From a candidate division WOR-3 bacterium (GTDB lineage Bacteria > Hydrothermota > Tepidihabitantia > Tepidihabitantales > Tepidihabitantaceae), in contig JBBISL010000009.1 in NCBI GenBank assembly GCA_037441285.1, positions 16,730-66,950 of the forward strand: 50,221 nt of DNA, written 5' to 3'. The translations under genes and the position numbers were made by a program. The first letter of the stretch is position 1. Each line of letters begins with the position of its first letter. Below the pieces are notes generated by a model. The model did no database searches and had not been told where the DNA came from. It was given only the letters and a program-made list of their open reading frames with translations. Shown piece by piece: positions 16,340 through 26,482 of this stretch.

Positions 16340-18433
16340 ATGGCCAAAAAAGATTTATTAATTGTTGAGTCGCCAACCAAGGCGCATACGATTAGCCGGC
16401 TTTTAAAAGGCAAGATGAAGGTACTTTCGTCCCGGGGTCACATTGCAGATTTGCCAAAATCCCGGCTCGGGGTTGATATCGAGAATGGTTTTGAACCAGA
16501 GTACATCAAAATCCGGGGTAAGGCTGCTATACTCAATGAGTTAAGGACAGCGGCAAAGCAGGCCAAGACGGTTTATTTAGGTTGTGACCCCGACCGTGAG
16601 GGTGAGGCGATTGCCTATTCCGTGGCACAGGAGTTGAAGAACGACGTACCGATAAAACGGGTGTTGTTTTACGAAATAACACCCAGGGGGATTGAAGCCG
16701 CGTTCCGTTCTCCCGGGGAGATTGACCTCCATAAGGTTGATGCCCATCGGGCACGGCGCGTCCTTGACCGGTTGGTAGGGTATCTTGTTTCACCCTTACT
16801 ATGGCGTACAGTGCGGGCGGGAAAGTCGGCAGGCCGGGTGCAAACCGTTGCCCTGCGGATTTTAGTTGAGCGCGAGCGGGAGATTGCAAATTTCCAAGCC
16901 GAAGAGTTCTGGGTGGTACGGGCGATTTTTATGCGCGCGAGCGGCGAGAGATTTGAAGCACAACTGGTAAAAATCAGTAATCAATCATTCAAATTAAAAG
17001 ACCGGTCGGCAGTGGAAGTGGTGCGTCAGGGATGCGAGAAGGCACAGTTTAGGGTTAGCGCGGTGAAACGCCGCGAGCGGCGCAAAAGACCACTCGCCCC
17101 ATTTGTGACGGCAACGCTATTAAAGGAAGCAGGGCAGTTGTTTAAGTTTAGTTCGGCGCGGACGATGCGCATCGCGCAGCGGTTGTTTGAAGGGGTAGAT
17201 TTGAAGGAAGAGACGGTCGGTTTAATTACCTATCCCAGGACCGACTCCTTTCGAGTAGCGGAGGATGTTATCGACGGGGTCCGGGATATGATTATTAAGG
17301 TCTATGGCAAGCAATTTATCCCAGACAAGCCCCGTGTCTATCCAGACCGCAAAGGGGCTCAGGGTGCGCATGAGGCGATTAGGCCAACGCGCTTGGATTT
17401 GACCCCGGAGCGGGTTAAGCCATATTTGACGTCGGATGAGTTTAAGGTGTATGAGTTAATTTTTCGCCGTTTTGTCGCCAGCCAGATGGCGGATGCTCTG
17501 TACAGTCTAACCGAGGTTCTGGTTGAAGGTGGTGATTACACCTTCCGGACCGAGGCGGTGAGAAGGGTGTTTGAAGGTTTTGAACGGGTTTACGGCGAAC
17601 CGGATAAGGAAAGCGCATTGCCGGAACTCCAGGAAGGCGAACTTGTTAAGATGGCGGAATTCATACCAGAACAGAAATTTACTCAGCCGCCACCCCGCTA
17701 CACAGAGGCAAGTTTAATCAAGCGGTTAGAGGTGAACGGCATCGGCAGGCCCTCGACCTATGCGACGATTGTCCCGACTTTGATTGAGCGTCGGTATGTT
17801 GAAAGAAAACAGGGAAAGTTGGTTCCAACGGAACTGGGGTTGGTGGTGAACGACATCTTAATTCCCCGGTTTGCTAACATATTTGCGATTGGTTTTACTC
17901 GAGAGATGGAAAAGGAACTTGACCAGGTTGAGGAAGGGGAAGAAAACTGGCGTGAGGTGGTGGTACGGTTTTACCGACCTTTTAAGGAGGATTTAGACCG
18001 GGCAGAGGCGGAAATGAGCGAAATTAAAGATGGTTTAACCCGGGAGCTTAACGAACATTGTCCGAAGTGCGGCTCGGTTCTGGTAGAGCGCTGGGGTCGG
18101 TTTGGCAAATTTATATCGTGTGCAAAATATCCAGAGTGCGATTATGTGAAAAAGAACGAAGAGAAACCATTAGCGGATAGCTGTCCGAAGTGCGGCAAGC
18201 CGTTGGTTGAGCGACAGAGTAGGTTTGGTAAATTCATCGCGTGCTCCGGATATCCAGAATGTGACTTTATAAAACGGCCGCCTAAAGAACCACCTAAACT
18301 ACTTGAACAGACCTGTCCGAAGTGCGGCAAGCCGTTGGTTGAGCGACAGAGTAGGTTTGGTAAATTCATCGCGTGCTCCGGATATCCGAAATGCCGTTTC
18401 GTCCAGAAAAACAGAAAAAGAGGGGAAAGATGA
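16340..18433 (+). CDS. topA: DNA topoisomerase I with three C4 zinc ribbons
   Basis: LIVESPTKA, DPDREGEAI, SAGRVQT, ITYPRTDS, AHEAIRPT, GIGRPSTYA. Confidence 0.97.
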   Translation: MAKKDLLIVESPTKAHTISRLLKGKMKVLSSRGHIADLPKSRLGVDIENGFEPEYIKIRGKAAILNELRTAAKQAKTVYLGCDPDREGEAIAYSVAQELKNDVPIKRVLFYEITPRGIEAAFRSPGEIDLHKVDAHRARRVLDRLVGYLVSPLLWRTVRAGKSAGRVQTVALRILVEREREIANFQAEEFWVVRAIFMRASGERFEAQLVKISNQSFKLKDRSAVEVVRQGCEKAQFRVSAVKRRERRKRPLAPFVTATLLKEAGQLFKFSSARTMRIAQRLFEGVDLKEETVGLITYPRTDSFRVAEDVIDGVRDMIIKVYGKQFIPDKPRVYPDRKGAQGAHEAIRPTRLDLTPERVKPYLTSDEFKVYELIFRRFVASQMADALYSLTEVLVEGGDYTFRTEAVRRVFEGFERVYGEPDKESALPELQEGELVKMAEFIPEQKFTQPPPRYTEASLIKRLEVNGIGRPSTYATIVPTLIERRYVERKQGKLVPTELGLVVNDILIPRFANIFAIGFTREMEKELDQVEEGEENWREVVVRFYRPFKEDLDRAEAEMSEIKDGLTRELNEHCPKCGSVLVERWGRFGKFISCAKYPECDYVKKNEEKPLADSCPKCGKPLVERQSRFGKFIACSGYPECDFIKRPPKEPPKLLEQTCPKCGKPLVERQSRFGKFIACSGYPKCRFVQKNRKRGER
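18181..18387 (+). repeat. Exact 75 bp direct repeat in topA zinc ribbons 2 and 3
   Basis: 18181-18255 identical to 18313-18387 (CTGTCCGAAG...GGATATCC). Confidence 0.95.
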
Positions 18434-18849
18434 GATGGGTCAAGAATAACCGGTTCTATCAGTTAAGGCTTTGGCCGGGTGAGGAGATAATAACAAGCCT
18501 TGTGGAATTTTCCCGGCGCGTAAAGATAAAATCCGGGGTTGTCCTGGGAATTGGGGCGGGTAGCAATTTTGAGCTGGGTTATTACCATTTTGATAAACAG
18601 ACCTACCACCGGCGCCAGTTAAAAGGTGAATATGAGATTGTTTCCCTTATAGGTAACATCGCCTGGGAGGATAAACAGCCGATTTGCCACTGTCATATAG
18701 TTCTTAGCGACCAGCGAATGGCAACCTATGGGGGACACCTGTTTGCCGGTTTAGTATCTGCCACCTGCGAGATTACCATTTTGCCGGGTGATAAGAAGTT
18801 ACGCCGCGAACTCGAAAGGGAGACGGGCTTAAAACTCCTTAAGTTGTAA
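18430..18849 (+). CDS. PPC/DUF296 domain protein
   Basis: RLWPGEEI, GIGA, EIVSLIGNI, HCHIVLSD, GGHL, TCEI; ATGA overlap with topA stop. Confidence 0.88.
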   Translation: MRWVKNNRFYQLRLWPGEEIITSLVEFSRRVKIKSGVVLGIGAGSNFELGYYHFDKQTYHRRQLKGEYEIVSLIGNIAWEDKQPICHCHIVLSDQRMATYGGHLFAGLVSATCEITILPGDKKLRRELERETGLKLLKL

Positions 18850-19136
18850 GGGTCCTGGAGACATTAATTAAATAGAAGATACGGAGCCGGTGCCGGATAG
18901 AAACCCTTTCCTAATTATTGGCTGTCCCGTAATTCTGTCGGACAATCTGGCCACCCTTCCACCGGTGCGACAATTGTTTTAAAATTGGTCACTCTGTACA
19001 TGTTATTGTGATTTAATGCAATATGAGTATGGCCCCTGTGAAACCCAACGGAACAGCAGATTGATAGCAAATTGGTGTTATAGTTGTTAGTCTCTGAACT
19101 TCCATATGTTATGATAAAACAAGGGAAGCGAAGCGG

Positions 19137-19152
19137 TGGCACAGAGTATGCT
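19137..19152 (+). promoter_or_regulatory. sigma54 (-24/-12) promoter
   Basis: TGGCACAGAGTATGCT: GG-N10-GC matches TGGCAC-N5-TTGC; long AT-rich upstream region. Confidence 0.6.
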
Positions 19153-19176
19153 ATGATTTTAACCGAGGGGTTTCAA

Positions 19177-19770
19177 ATGGCGGTGGATGTTATTATCATT
19201 TTGTTCATCCTTGGGTTCATGGTCAGCGGTTACTATTCGGGTCTGATAAGGAGGTTCTGCTCATTGCTTTTCCCTTCGCTTGGGCTCGTCATCGGGTTGA
19301 GGAATCAAACGGTCGTTTCCCCCGCATTCGACCGATTCCTTCACAACTATCCCGCATCCGCTTTTTTAGCCTTCCTTGTTCTTGTCGCCGCCACCTGGCT
19401 GGGACTTCGTTTTGTCCGACGGGTGCTTTTGAAACTACTGGACTGGAGCCGCCTTGAGTATCTCGACATCTTTCTTGGGGGTATCTTCGGACTGGCAAAG
19501 GGCCTGGCGGTGGTTTGGCTCGGTCTCGCTTTTACCCTCGTTGTATTTCCGCCCAGTGTGCGCGTGCTCAGCCATTCCAGTGCCTCAATGCGAGTTCTGG
19601 CGCTGGCGGATAAAGTTCTTGACACGCGGTCGCTCCTGAGTTGCGGGGTGGAAAGGTTAATGAGCAGGACAGCGGGGCAGATTGAGGAGGTGGGCTCGGT
19701 TTTGCGAGCTGGTTCGCAGCTGGGTCGCTCACTCAATCTGCTCCGCCCAGGTGCCGGACCTTATAGGTAG
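19177..19770 (+). CDS. cvpA: CvpA (colicin V production) family membrane protein
   Basis: MAVDVIIILF...GYYSGLIR, LDIFLGGIFGLAKG; start moved to ATG 19177 behind GAGGGG. Confidence 0.75.
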   Translation: MAVDVIIILFILGFMVSGYYSGLIRRFCSLLFPSLGLVIGLRNQTVVSPAFDRFLHNYPASAFLAFLVLVAATWLGLRFVRRVLLKLLDWSRLEYLDIFLGGIFGLAKGLAVVWLGLAFTLVVFPPSVRVLSHSSASMRVLALADKVLDTRSLLSCGVERLMSRTAGQIEEVGSVLRAGSQLGRSLNLLRPGAGPYR

Positions 19771-19776
19771 CACAGC

Positions 19777-19812
19777 ACCCTCCCCTTTGTACCTCCCAGC
19801 AAAGAGAGGAAG
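19777..19812 (+). repeat. REP-like palindrome, degenerate copy
   Basis: ACCCTCCCCTTTGTACCTCCCAGCAAAGAGAGGAAG resembles copies at 23950, 34417 and 36930. Confidence 0.6.
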
Positions 19813-19955
19813 AAAAAGAGCGCAAATTGCATCAAGCGGGCAAAAAGAGGTAGGGGCACGGGCAACTTGCCCGTACTTGCCTTTTTTGTTTTTCTTGTTA
19901 TACTAAAGTTCCTTGACAAGCACTATTCCATTTTTAATCCAGGAGGCAAGGTATT

Positions 19956-20606
19956 ATGAAGATATTTATTGATTCTGCCGATATCAAAGAGATTAAAGAT
20001 GTAGCAAGCTGGGGTATCCTTGAAGGGGTAACCACTAATCCAACACTGGTAAAGAAAACCGGCAAGCCGTTTAAGGAGTGTGTGGCGGAGATTCTTGATG
20101 TGGTCGATGGACCGGTTTCGGTTGAGGCGATTTCACCTGATGCGGATGGTATGGTGCGGGAGGCGGAAGAGTGGGCAAAGCTGGACCCGAAGAAGGTTAC
20201 GGTAAAAATCCCGATGGGGATTGAGGGCCTAAAGGCGGTTTGCCGGCTGGCAGCGAAGGGCATAATGACCAATGTCACCCTGATTTTTTCACCCAACCAG
20301 GCGCTTTTAGCCTGCCGTGCCGGCGCGACTTTTATATCACCTTTTGTCGGTCGGTTAGACGACATTTCGCACGAAGGGATGGATTTGGTGCGGGATATTG
20401 CGGCGATGATTGACTATTACGACTTCCCGACACAGGTGATTGCCGCCAGTATCCGGCATCCGTTGCATGTGGTCGAGTCGATGCGGGCGGGCGCGCATAT
20501 CGCAACAATTCCTTATGATGTCCTCTTAAAGATGGTGCGACACCCTTTGACCGATGCCGGTATTAAGAAGTTTTATGAAGACTATCAGGGAATTCCCAAA
20601 GGATAA
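19956..20606 (+). CDS. tal: Transaldolase (TalC/FSA family)
   Basis: [50 protein letters not shown]; upstream of tkt. Confidence 0.93.
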   Translation: MKIFIDSADIKEIKDVASWGILEGVTTNPTLVKKTGKPFKECVAEILDVVDGPVSVEAISPDADGMVREAEEWAKLDPKKVTVKIPMGIEGLKAVCRLAAKGIMTNVTLIFSPNQALLACRAGATFISPFVGRLDDISHEGMDLVRDIAAMIDYYDFPTQVIAASIRHPLHVVESMRAGAHIATIPYDVLLKMVRHPLTDAGIKKFYEDYQGIPKG

Positions 20607-20618
20607 TAGGTGAAATTT

Positions 20619-22754
20619 ATGCCGATAGTTGACTCAAAGACGAAGGCAGTCCGGAAAAGTTATTCGGTAGCGGAGTTGATTCAGGCGGCTAATTTGATGC
20701 GGGGTTACAACCTGATTGCACTGTGTGCCGCGGGTTCGGGACATGCGGGCGGCACACTTTCCATTATGGATGTGACCGCTGCACTATATCTCCATGTTGC
20801 CCGACACGATCCTGAGAACCCTTTCTGGGAGGACCGGGATAGGATTATCTGGTCAACCGGTCACAAGGCGCCCGCGCTCTATTTAGGTCTGGCGATGGCC
20901 GGGTTTTTCCCGGTGGAGGATGTGGTGCGGCTGAGGAAACTTTATGCTCCTTATCAGGGGCATCCGCACTGGTTGAAGCTACCCGGAGTGGAGATTTCTT
21001 CAGGTTCGTTAGGCCAGGGGCTTTCGGTGGCTGTGGGGATTTGTCTTGCGGCACGGCTGGATAAGAAGGACTATCGGGTTTACTGTATTACGGGTGATGG
21101 TGAACATCAGGAGGGGCAAATCTGGGAAGCGATAATGGAGGCGGGTGCGTATAAGCTGGATAACCTGTGTTGTATTCTTGATAAGAATCGCTTGCAGATC
21201 GATGGCTGGGTGAAGGATGTGATGCCGATTGACCCGATTGCCGAAAAGTATAAGTCCTTCGGGTGGAATGTGATTGAGATTGATGGTCACAATATGCACC
21301 AGATTCTGGCGGCTTTTGATAAAGCGGCAAAGCACAAGGGTCAGCCAACGGTGATTATCTGCCATACGACCAAGGGCAAAGGCGTTTCGTTTATGGAAAA
21401 TGTTGCCGGCTGGCATGGTAAGGCGCCGAACAAAGCGGAGATGGTTAAAGGGTTGGAGGAACTGGGACTTCATTTCCGGATTGATTACGAGAAATTACTG
21501 AAAAAGGCGGCGGATTATCAGGCGGAGGCGACGGCAAAGTTGAGGGCAAAGGTGCCGAGGTTTTCCTGGGACTACTTCTGGAACCAGCAGGAGAAGATGA
21601 AGGTGGAGATGAAGGCGACCCGCTTTGGGTTTGGTGAGGCGCTCGAGGCGCTGGGTGATGACAAAAGGGTGTGCTGCATCGGTGCGGACATCTCGGGGTC
21701 AATTACCATTTCAAAGTTTTACGAGAAGTATCCGGAGCGAATGGAGCGGTGGATTTCGGTTGGAATTGCTGAGCAGTCCGGCACGAATGTGGCGGCAGGA
21801 CTGGCAAAGGAGGGTAAGTTACCGGTTTTTGGTACCTATGGTGTTTTTGCCGCAGGGCGGAATCTGGACCAGTTGCGTACCACGGTTTGCTACGGGAATT
21901 TCAATGTTTTGATTGCCGGGGCGCACGGTGGGGTTTCGGTTGGTCCTGATGGTGCAACCCATCAGGCGCTGGAAGATTTGTTCCAGATCTGCGGCTTGCC
22001 GAATATGCATGTAGCGGTGCCCGCTGATGCGCTTGAAACAAAACGGGCCACCGAGCATTTGCTCTTGAATATCAATGGTCCGAAGTATGTTCGGTTCGCC
22101 CGCGAGGCGACACCAGTTGTTACTACTCCGGAGACACCTTTTGTCTGGGGAATGCCCAATGTGTATCGCTACCGCAGGGAAAAAGATAAGTTTATTGAGG
22201 CGTTTGAGGTCAAGACCGCGGACCGTTATGAAGGAGAAGGGGAGGATTTGACGATTGTAGCGTGCGGACCGATGGTGCCTGAGGCGTTGCGGGCGGCATG
22301 GATTTTGAAGGAGGATTTTGGGATTGAGACCCGGGTTATCAATCTCCACACATTAAAGTCGCCCAGTACCCATCCCGGGGAGACGATTCCCAATCAGAGG
22401 TTTTTGATTCAGGCGGCGCTGGAAACCGGGGTGGTTTTGACCGCGGAGGAGCATCAGATTGGCGGGCTGGCGAATCGGGTCTCTTATGTCCTGCATACGG
22501 CGCCGGAACTTTACGGTCACGCACTGGCGTTTGGTGCGATTGGGGTAAAAGACCGCTTTGGCGAGTCGGGTCAACCCTGGGAGTTGATGTGGGAGTTTGA
22601 AGTTTCGGCGGAGCACATCGCTGCCAAGGCAAAAGAGTTGTACGATATGGCGAAGGGAAAATCAGCGGGCAGAAAGGCGCCGACGACAGAGCGAAAACGG
22701 CGGAGTGCGAGCCCGAAGCAGAAGGGCGGAAGGGCAGAAGGGCGGAAGAAATGA
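20619..22754 (+). CDS. tkt: Transketolase (N and C halves in one chain) with basic C-terminal tail
   Basis: SGHAGG, GSLGQGLS, TPP motif GDGEHQEGQIWE, GIAEQ, GPDGATHQ, DRFGESG. Confidence 0.92.
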   Translation: MPIVDSKTKAVRKSYSVAELIQAANLMRGYNLIALCAAGSGHAGGTLSIMDVTAALYLHVARHDPENPFWEDRDRIIWSTGHKAPALYLGLAMAGFFPVEDVVRLRKLYAPYQGHPHWLKLPGVEISSGSLGQGLSVAVGICLAARLDKKDYRVYCITGDGEHQEGQIWEAIMEAGAYKLDNLCCILDKNRLQIDGWVKDVMPIDPIAEKYKSFGWNVIEIDGHNMHQILAAFDKAAKHKGQPTVIICHTTKGKGVSFMENVAGWHGKAPNKAEMVKGLEELGLHFRIDYEKLLKKAADYQAEATAKLRAKVPRFSWDYFWNQQEKMKVEMKATRFGFGEALEALGDDKRVCCIGADISGSITISKFYEKYPERMERWISVGIAEQSGTNVAAGLAKEGKLPVFGTYGVFAAGRNLDQLRTTVCYGNFNVLIAGAHGGVSVGPDGATHQALEDLFQICGLPNMHVAVPADALETKRATEHLLLNINGPKYVRFAREATPVVTTPETPFVWGMPNVYRYRREKDKFIEAFEVKTADRYEGEGEDLTIVACGPMVPEALRAAWILKEDFGIETRVINLHTLKSPSTHPGETIPNQRFLIQAALETGVVLTAEEHQIGGLANRVSYVLHTAPELYGHALAFGAIGVKDRFGESGQPWELMWEFEVSAEHIAAKAKELYDMAKGKSAGRKAPTTERKRRSASPKQKGGRAEGRKK

Positions 22755-23911
22755 AACTGGCAGAGAGGATGGAGCGGCTGGGGACCGAAACCGCTTTCGA
22801 CTGTTTGTGCCGGGCAAAAGAGTTAGAGTGCAAAATGGATGTGGTTCATCTGGAGATTGGCGAACCGGATTTTCCGACAGCCCGACATATTGTTGAAGCG
22901 GCAAAGCGGGCGCTGGATGAGGGCTGGACTCATTACGGTCCATCGGCAGGTTTGCCTGAGTTACGGGAGGCAATCGCCCAGTATGCGGGTCGGTTGCGTG
23001 GGGTGAAGTTTTTCCCGGAGCAGGTTGTTGTCACGCCCGGTGGAAAGCCGGTGATGTCGTTTGCGATAATGGCGCTGGTTGAGAACGGTGATGAGGTGAT
23101 ATATCCCAATCCTGGGTTCCCGATTTACGAGTCGATGATTGAGTATATGGGCGGACGACCGGTACCGATTCGGCTACGGGAAGAACGGGGGTTTCGGCTG
23201 GATGTGGAAGAGTTGGTTTCACTGGTAAATCCCCGAACCAAACTGATTGTGATTAATTCGCCCGCGAACCCAACGGGTGGGGTTTTAACCCGGGAGGATT
23301 TGCGGTTGATTGGGGAAGTCGCCTTGAAGTACAATATCTGGATTCTCGCCGACGAGATTTACTCGGAGATTGTGTATGAAGGGCAGTTTGAGTCAATTGC
23401 GCAGTTTCCCGAAATTCAGCGCCGATTGATTATCCTCGACGGGTTTTCCAAGACCTTTGCGATGACCGGCTGGCGCATTGGCTACGGGATAATGCCGGCG
23501 GAACTTGCCGAGAAGATGGCACGGATTGAGACCAACATCAACTCCTGCACCGCGACTTTTATCCAGCGTGCCTGCCTTGCAGCGCTCAACGGGCCGCATG
23601 ATGAGGTAGACCGGATGGTGGCAGAGTTCAAGCGGCGCCGCGACTTTATTGTCGATGGTTTGAATCGGCTTCCGGGTTTTCGGTGCAACAAACCCCAGGG
23701 CGCCTTCTATGCGTTTCCCAATATTGAAGGGACCGGGATTGATTGTAAGGTCCTGGCGGACCGTCTTCTCGAAGAGGAGGGTGTTGCCTGTCTTGCGGGG
23801 ACATGTTTTGGCAAATTCGGAGACGGGTTTTTGCGTTTCAGTTATGCGAATTCAATTGAAAATATCCAGCGGGCGCTGGAACGAATAGAGCGGTTCTTAG
23901 CCCGAAGATGA
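22751..23911 (+). CDS. PLP-dependent aminotransferase class I/II (aspartate aminotransferase-like)
   Basis: IGEPDF, NSPANPTG, DEIY, GFSKTFAMTGWRIG. Confidence 0.93.
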   Translation: MKLAERMERLGTETAFDCLCRAKELECKMDVVHLEIGEPDFPTARHIVEAAKRALDEGWTHYGPSAGLPELREAIAQYAGRLRGVKFFPEQVVVTPGGKPVMSFAIMALVENGDEVIYPNPGFPIYESMIEYMGGRPVPIRLREERGFRLDVEELVSLVNPRTKLIVINSPANPTGGVLTREDLRLIGEVALKYNIWILADEIYSEIVYEGQFESIAQFPEIQRRLIILDGFSKTFAMTGWRIGYGIMPAELAEKMARIETNINSCTATFIQRACLAALNGPHDEVDRMVAEFKRRRDFIVDGLNRLPGFRCNKPQGAFYAFPNIEGTGIDCKVLADRLLEEEGVACLAGTCFGKFGDGFLRFSYANSIENIQRALERIERFLARR

Positions 23912-23949
23912 AGCAGGGCCCTTTCCTTCCTTGCGGAAGGGGAGAGTGT

Positions 23950-23988
23950 ACCCTCCCCTTTTTCCCCTCCCATAAAAGGGAGGGGAAT
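23950..23988 (+). repeat. REP-like palindrome
   Basis: ACCCTCCCCTTTTTCCCCTCCC-ATAAAA-GGGAGGGGAAT; near-identical to 36930-36967; second hairpin at ~23918-23946. Confidence 0.75.
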
Positions 23989-24054
23989 CGTGAGACGGTG
24001 TTTTCATCAGTGGAGGGGATTGGTGGCAGGAACCCCTGTAGAGGGAGGTGAGTA

Positions 24055-25245
24055 GTGGCAGGTGGTCCTTTTGCGCAAAGGCTGTCGCTGCTTCCCCCTT
24101 ATCTTTTTTCCGAGCTGAATCAGTTTAAGGCGCGGGTACGACGCGGGTTGATTGACCTGGGTGAAGGTAACCCGGATTTGGTTCCGGAACCAGCGCTCGT
24201 TAAAGTGCTGGTCCGAGCCTTAAAAAATCCGGAGAACCATCGTTACCCCGGATATTCAGGAAAACTGAGTTTACGGCGTGCCTTTGCCCGATGGTATCAG
24301 CGGCGGTTTGGGGTCACACTGGAACCGGAAAATGAGGTAGTGGTGCTATTGGGTTCAAAGGAGGGCGCGGCTCATCTGCTCTGGGCTTGCTGTGACCGGG
24401 GCGACACGGTTGCGGTCTGCGACCCGGGGTATCCAGTTTATCTTAATCAAAGCAGGCTGTGCGGGGCGTCGCTTGTGCTTGTGCCGCTGGAAGAAAAAAA
24501 CGGGTTTCTTCCGGACCTGGATTTCATCAGCCGGCTCGCACCCCGGCTGAAGCTCCTCTGCCTGAACTTTCCCAATAACCCCACGACCGCAATCGCGCCG
24601 CTCAGTTTTTACCGGGAAGTTGTTGCCCTGGCATTGAAATATGGATTCTATATTGTCAATGACAATGTCTATTCGGAAATCTACTTTTCCCAGCGACCGC
24701 CTTCCCTCCTTCAAGTTCCGGACAGCAAAGGCTGTGCGCTTGAGTTGCACTCCCTATCCAAGACCTTTTCCATACCAGGCTGGCGGCTCGGGGTTGCGGT
24801 TGGTAATAGAGATATGCTCAGTGCGCTGTTAAAGATAAAGGAGAATGTTGACTCCGGACCGTTTGGGGCGATTCAGGACGCTGCGGTATTTGCCCTGAAT
24901 AGAGGGAGCGAATTAGCGGTTAAGGTACGCCAAACATACAAGCGGCGCCGGGATTTTTTTGTAAGCGAATTGACCCGCGGGGGATGGGGTGTAAATTTAC
25001 CGGAAGGGACATTTTATGTCTGGGCAAAACTGCCCGAATGGTGGCAGGAGATGCACAACGGTTCCCGTTCCTACGCATTTTGTCTGAAGTTGATTGAGCA
25101 GTGCCGGGTTGTTGCCGCACCCGGTCGAGGTTTTGGCCAGCAGGGCGAAGGGTTTGTCCGATTTGCGCTGGTTGCGCCGGAAAACCGGCTTAAGATTGCG
25201 GGTGCCCGCATCCGGCGCTGGCTCGCCCGGACGAGTCCGCGGTGA
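24055..25245 (+). CDS. PLP-dependent aminotransferase class I/II (LL-DAP aminotransferase-like)
   Basis: LPPYLF, LGSKEG, NFPNNPT, HSLSKTFSIPGWRLG, DSG; adjacent to aspartokinase. Confidence 0.85.
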   Translation: MAGGPFAQRLSLLPPYLFSELNQFKARVRRGLIDLGEGNPDLVPEPALVKVLVRALKNPENHRYPGYSGKLSLRRAFARWYQRRFGVTLEPENEVVVLLGSKEGAAHLLWACCDRGDTVAVCDPGYPVYLNQSRLCGASLVLVPLEEKNGFLPDLDFISRLAPRLKLLCLNFPNNPTTAIAPLSFYREVVALALKYGFYIVNDNVYSEIYFSQRPPSLLQVPDSKGCALELHSLSKTFSIPGWRLGVAVGNRDMLSALLKIKENVDSGPFGAIQDAAVFALNRGSELAVKVRQTYKRRRDFFVSELTRGGWGVNLPEGTFYVWAKLPEWWQEMHNGSRSYAFCLKLIEQCRVVAAPGRGFGQQGEGFVRFALVAPENRLKIAGARIRRWLARTSPR

Positions 25246-25267
25246 AGGTGCGAAAGAGTCAAGTGGT

Positions 25268-26482
25268 ATGGCGCTGATAGTTCAAAAGTTTGGTGGCAGT
25301 TCGCTTGCCAGCATCAAACAACTAAAACAGGTGGCAAAGCAGATTGCCCGGCGCCGGCGTGCGGGCGACCGGCTGGTGATAGTGGTTTCGGCAATGGGTG
25401 ACACGACTGATGCACTGTACCGTCAGGCGTTGATGGTTAACCCAACGCCACCGCCCCGGGAACTGGATATGCTGTTGACCACCGGTGAGCGGCAGGCGAT
25501 GGCACTACTCTCGCTGGCGCTGTTCAACCAGGGGCAGGAGGCGGCATCCTTTACCGGCTCACAGGTTGGCATCATCACCGACCGATTTCACTCTGATGCC
25601 CGAATTCAGGAGGTACGGCTTTACCGGGTTAATGATGCTTTACGGCGGGGAAAGGTACCGATTGTTGCCGGTTTTCAGGGGATGAGCGAAGAGCGGGAGA
25701 TAACAACTCTGGGCCGGGGTGGTTCTGATGTTACCGCGGTGGCGCTTGCCGCGGCGCTGAAAGCCGACCGGTGCGAATTCTACAAGGATGTTGACGGCAT
25801 CTTCACGGAAAATCCCCGTGAGTTTCCCAATCTGAAACAGGTGCCGGAAATCACCTTTGAGGAACTGACCGAACTGGCGCAAGCCGGTGCCGGTGTGATT
25901 CATCCCCGTGCCTGTGCCTTAGCCGAAAAGTACCGGGTGCCACTTGTCATCCGTTCAACCTTTAACAACAAGCGAGGAACTATGGTAAAAGCACAATCAC
26001 CGATGGAAAAACCATTTGTCCGGGCGATTACGCATGAATCGGCGGTTGCCCGGGTTGCGCTGGTTGATGTTGTAAAAAAGAAACGGTGTCTGCATCAGGT
26101 CGTAACAAGTTTAAGTACCGCCCGGGTGCCAGTGCTGCTGTTTAATCACGGTATCCCCCATCGCGACCGATTTGACCTGCTCTTTTACATTCCGGCGACA
26201 CATCTAACAAAGGCGACCGGTCTCCTGCAGCCGCTGACCCCAAAATTAGGGGCGCGGCGACTGGAGATTGACAATAACCTCAGTGCGGTTTCCCTTGTCG
26301 GTCCCGGGGTAGGAACCGATGCGGACATAATTGGTGAGACATTTGCGACACTGCATCAGGCACAGGTTCACATTGAGGCGTTTGCGATTTCGGCGCTCCG
26401 GCTCACCTGTTTCATCCGCGCACCAGAACTGCGTCTCGCCGTTACCGCACTTTTAACCCGATTCCGGCTGACAAAGAAGTGA
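25268..26482 (+). CDS. lysC: Aspartate kinase
   Basis: IVQKFGGSS, VVSAMGDTTD, AGFQG, TTLGRGGSD; C-terminal ACT domains. Confidence 0.93.
   Translation: MALIVQKFGGSSLASIKQLKQVAKQIARRRRAGDRLVIVVSAMGDTTDALYRQALMVNPTPPPRELDMLLTTGERQAMALLSLALFNQGQEAASFTGSQVGIITDRFHSDARIQEVRLYRVNDALRRGKVPIVAGFQGMSEEREITTLGRGGSDVTAVALAAALKADRCEFYKDVDGIFTENPREFPNLKQVPEITFEELTELAQAGAGVIHPRACALAEKYRVPLVIRSTFNNKRGTMVKAQSPMEKPFVRAITHESAVARVALVDVVKKKRCLHQVVTSLSTARVPVLLFNHGIPHRDRFDLLFYIPATHLTKATGLLQPLTPKLGARRLEIDNNLSAVSLVGPGVGTDADIIGETFATLHQAQVHIEAFAISALRLTCFIRAPELRLAVTALLTRFRLTKK

Noticed and set aside
19084..19176. N-terminal extension of cvpA in the ORF track (also 4063-4317, 25094-25267, 45349-45402)
   Set aside because: The extensions overlap promoters or upstream genes; homology and SD position support later starts
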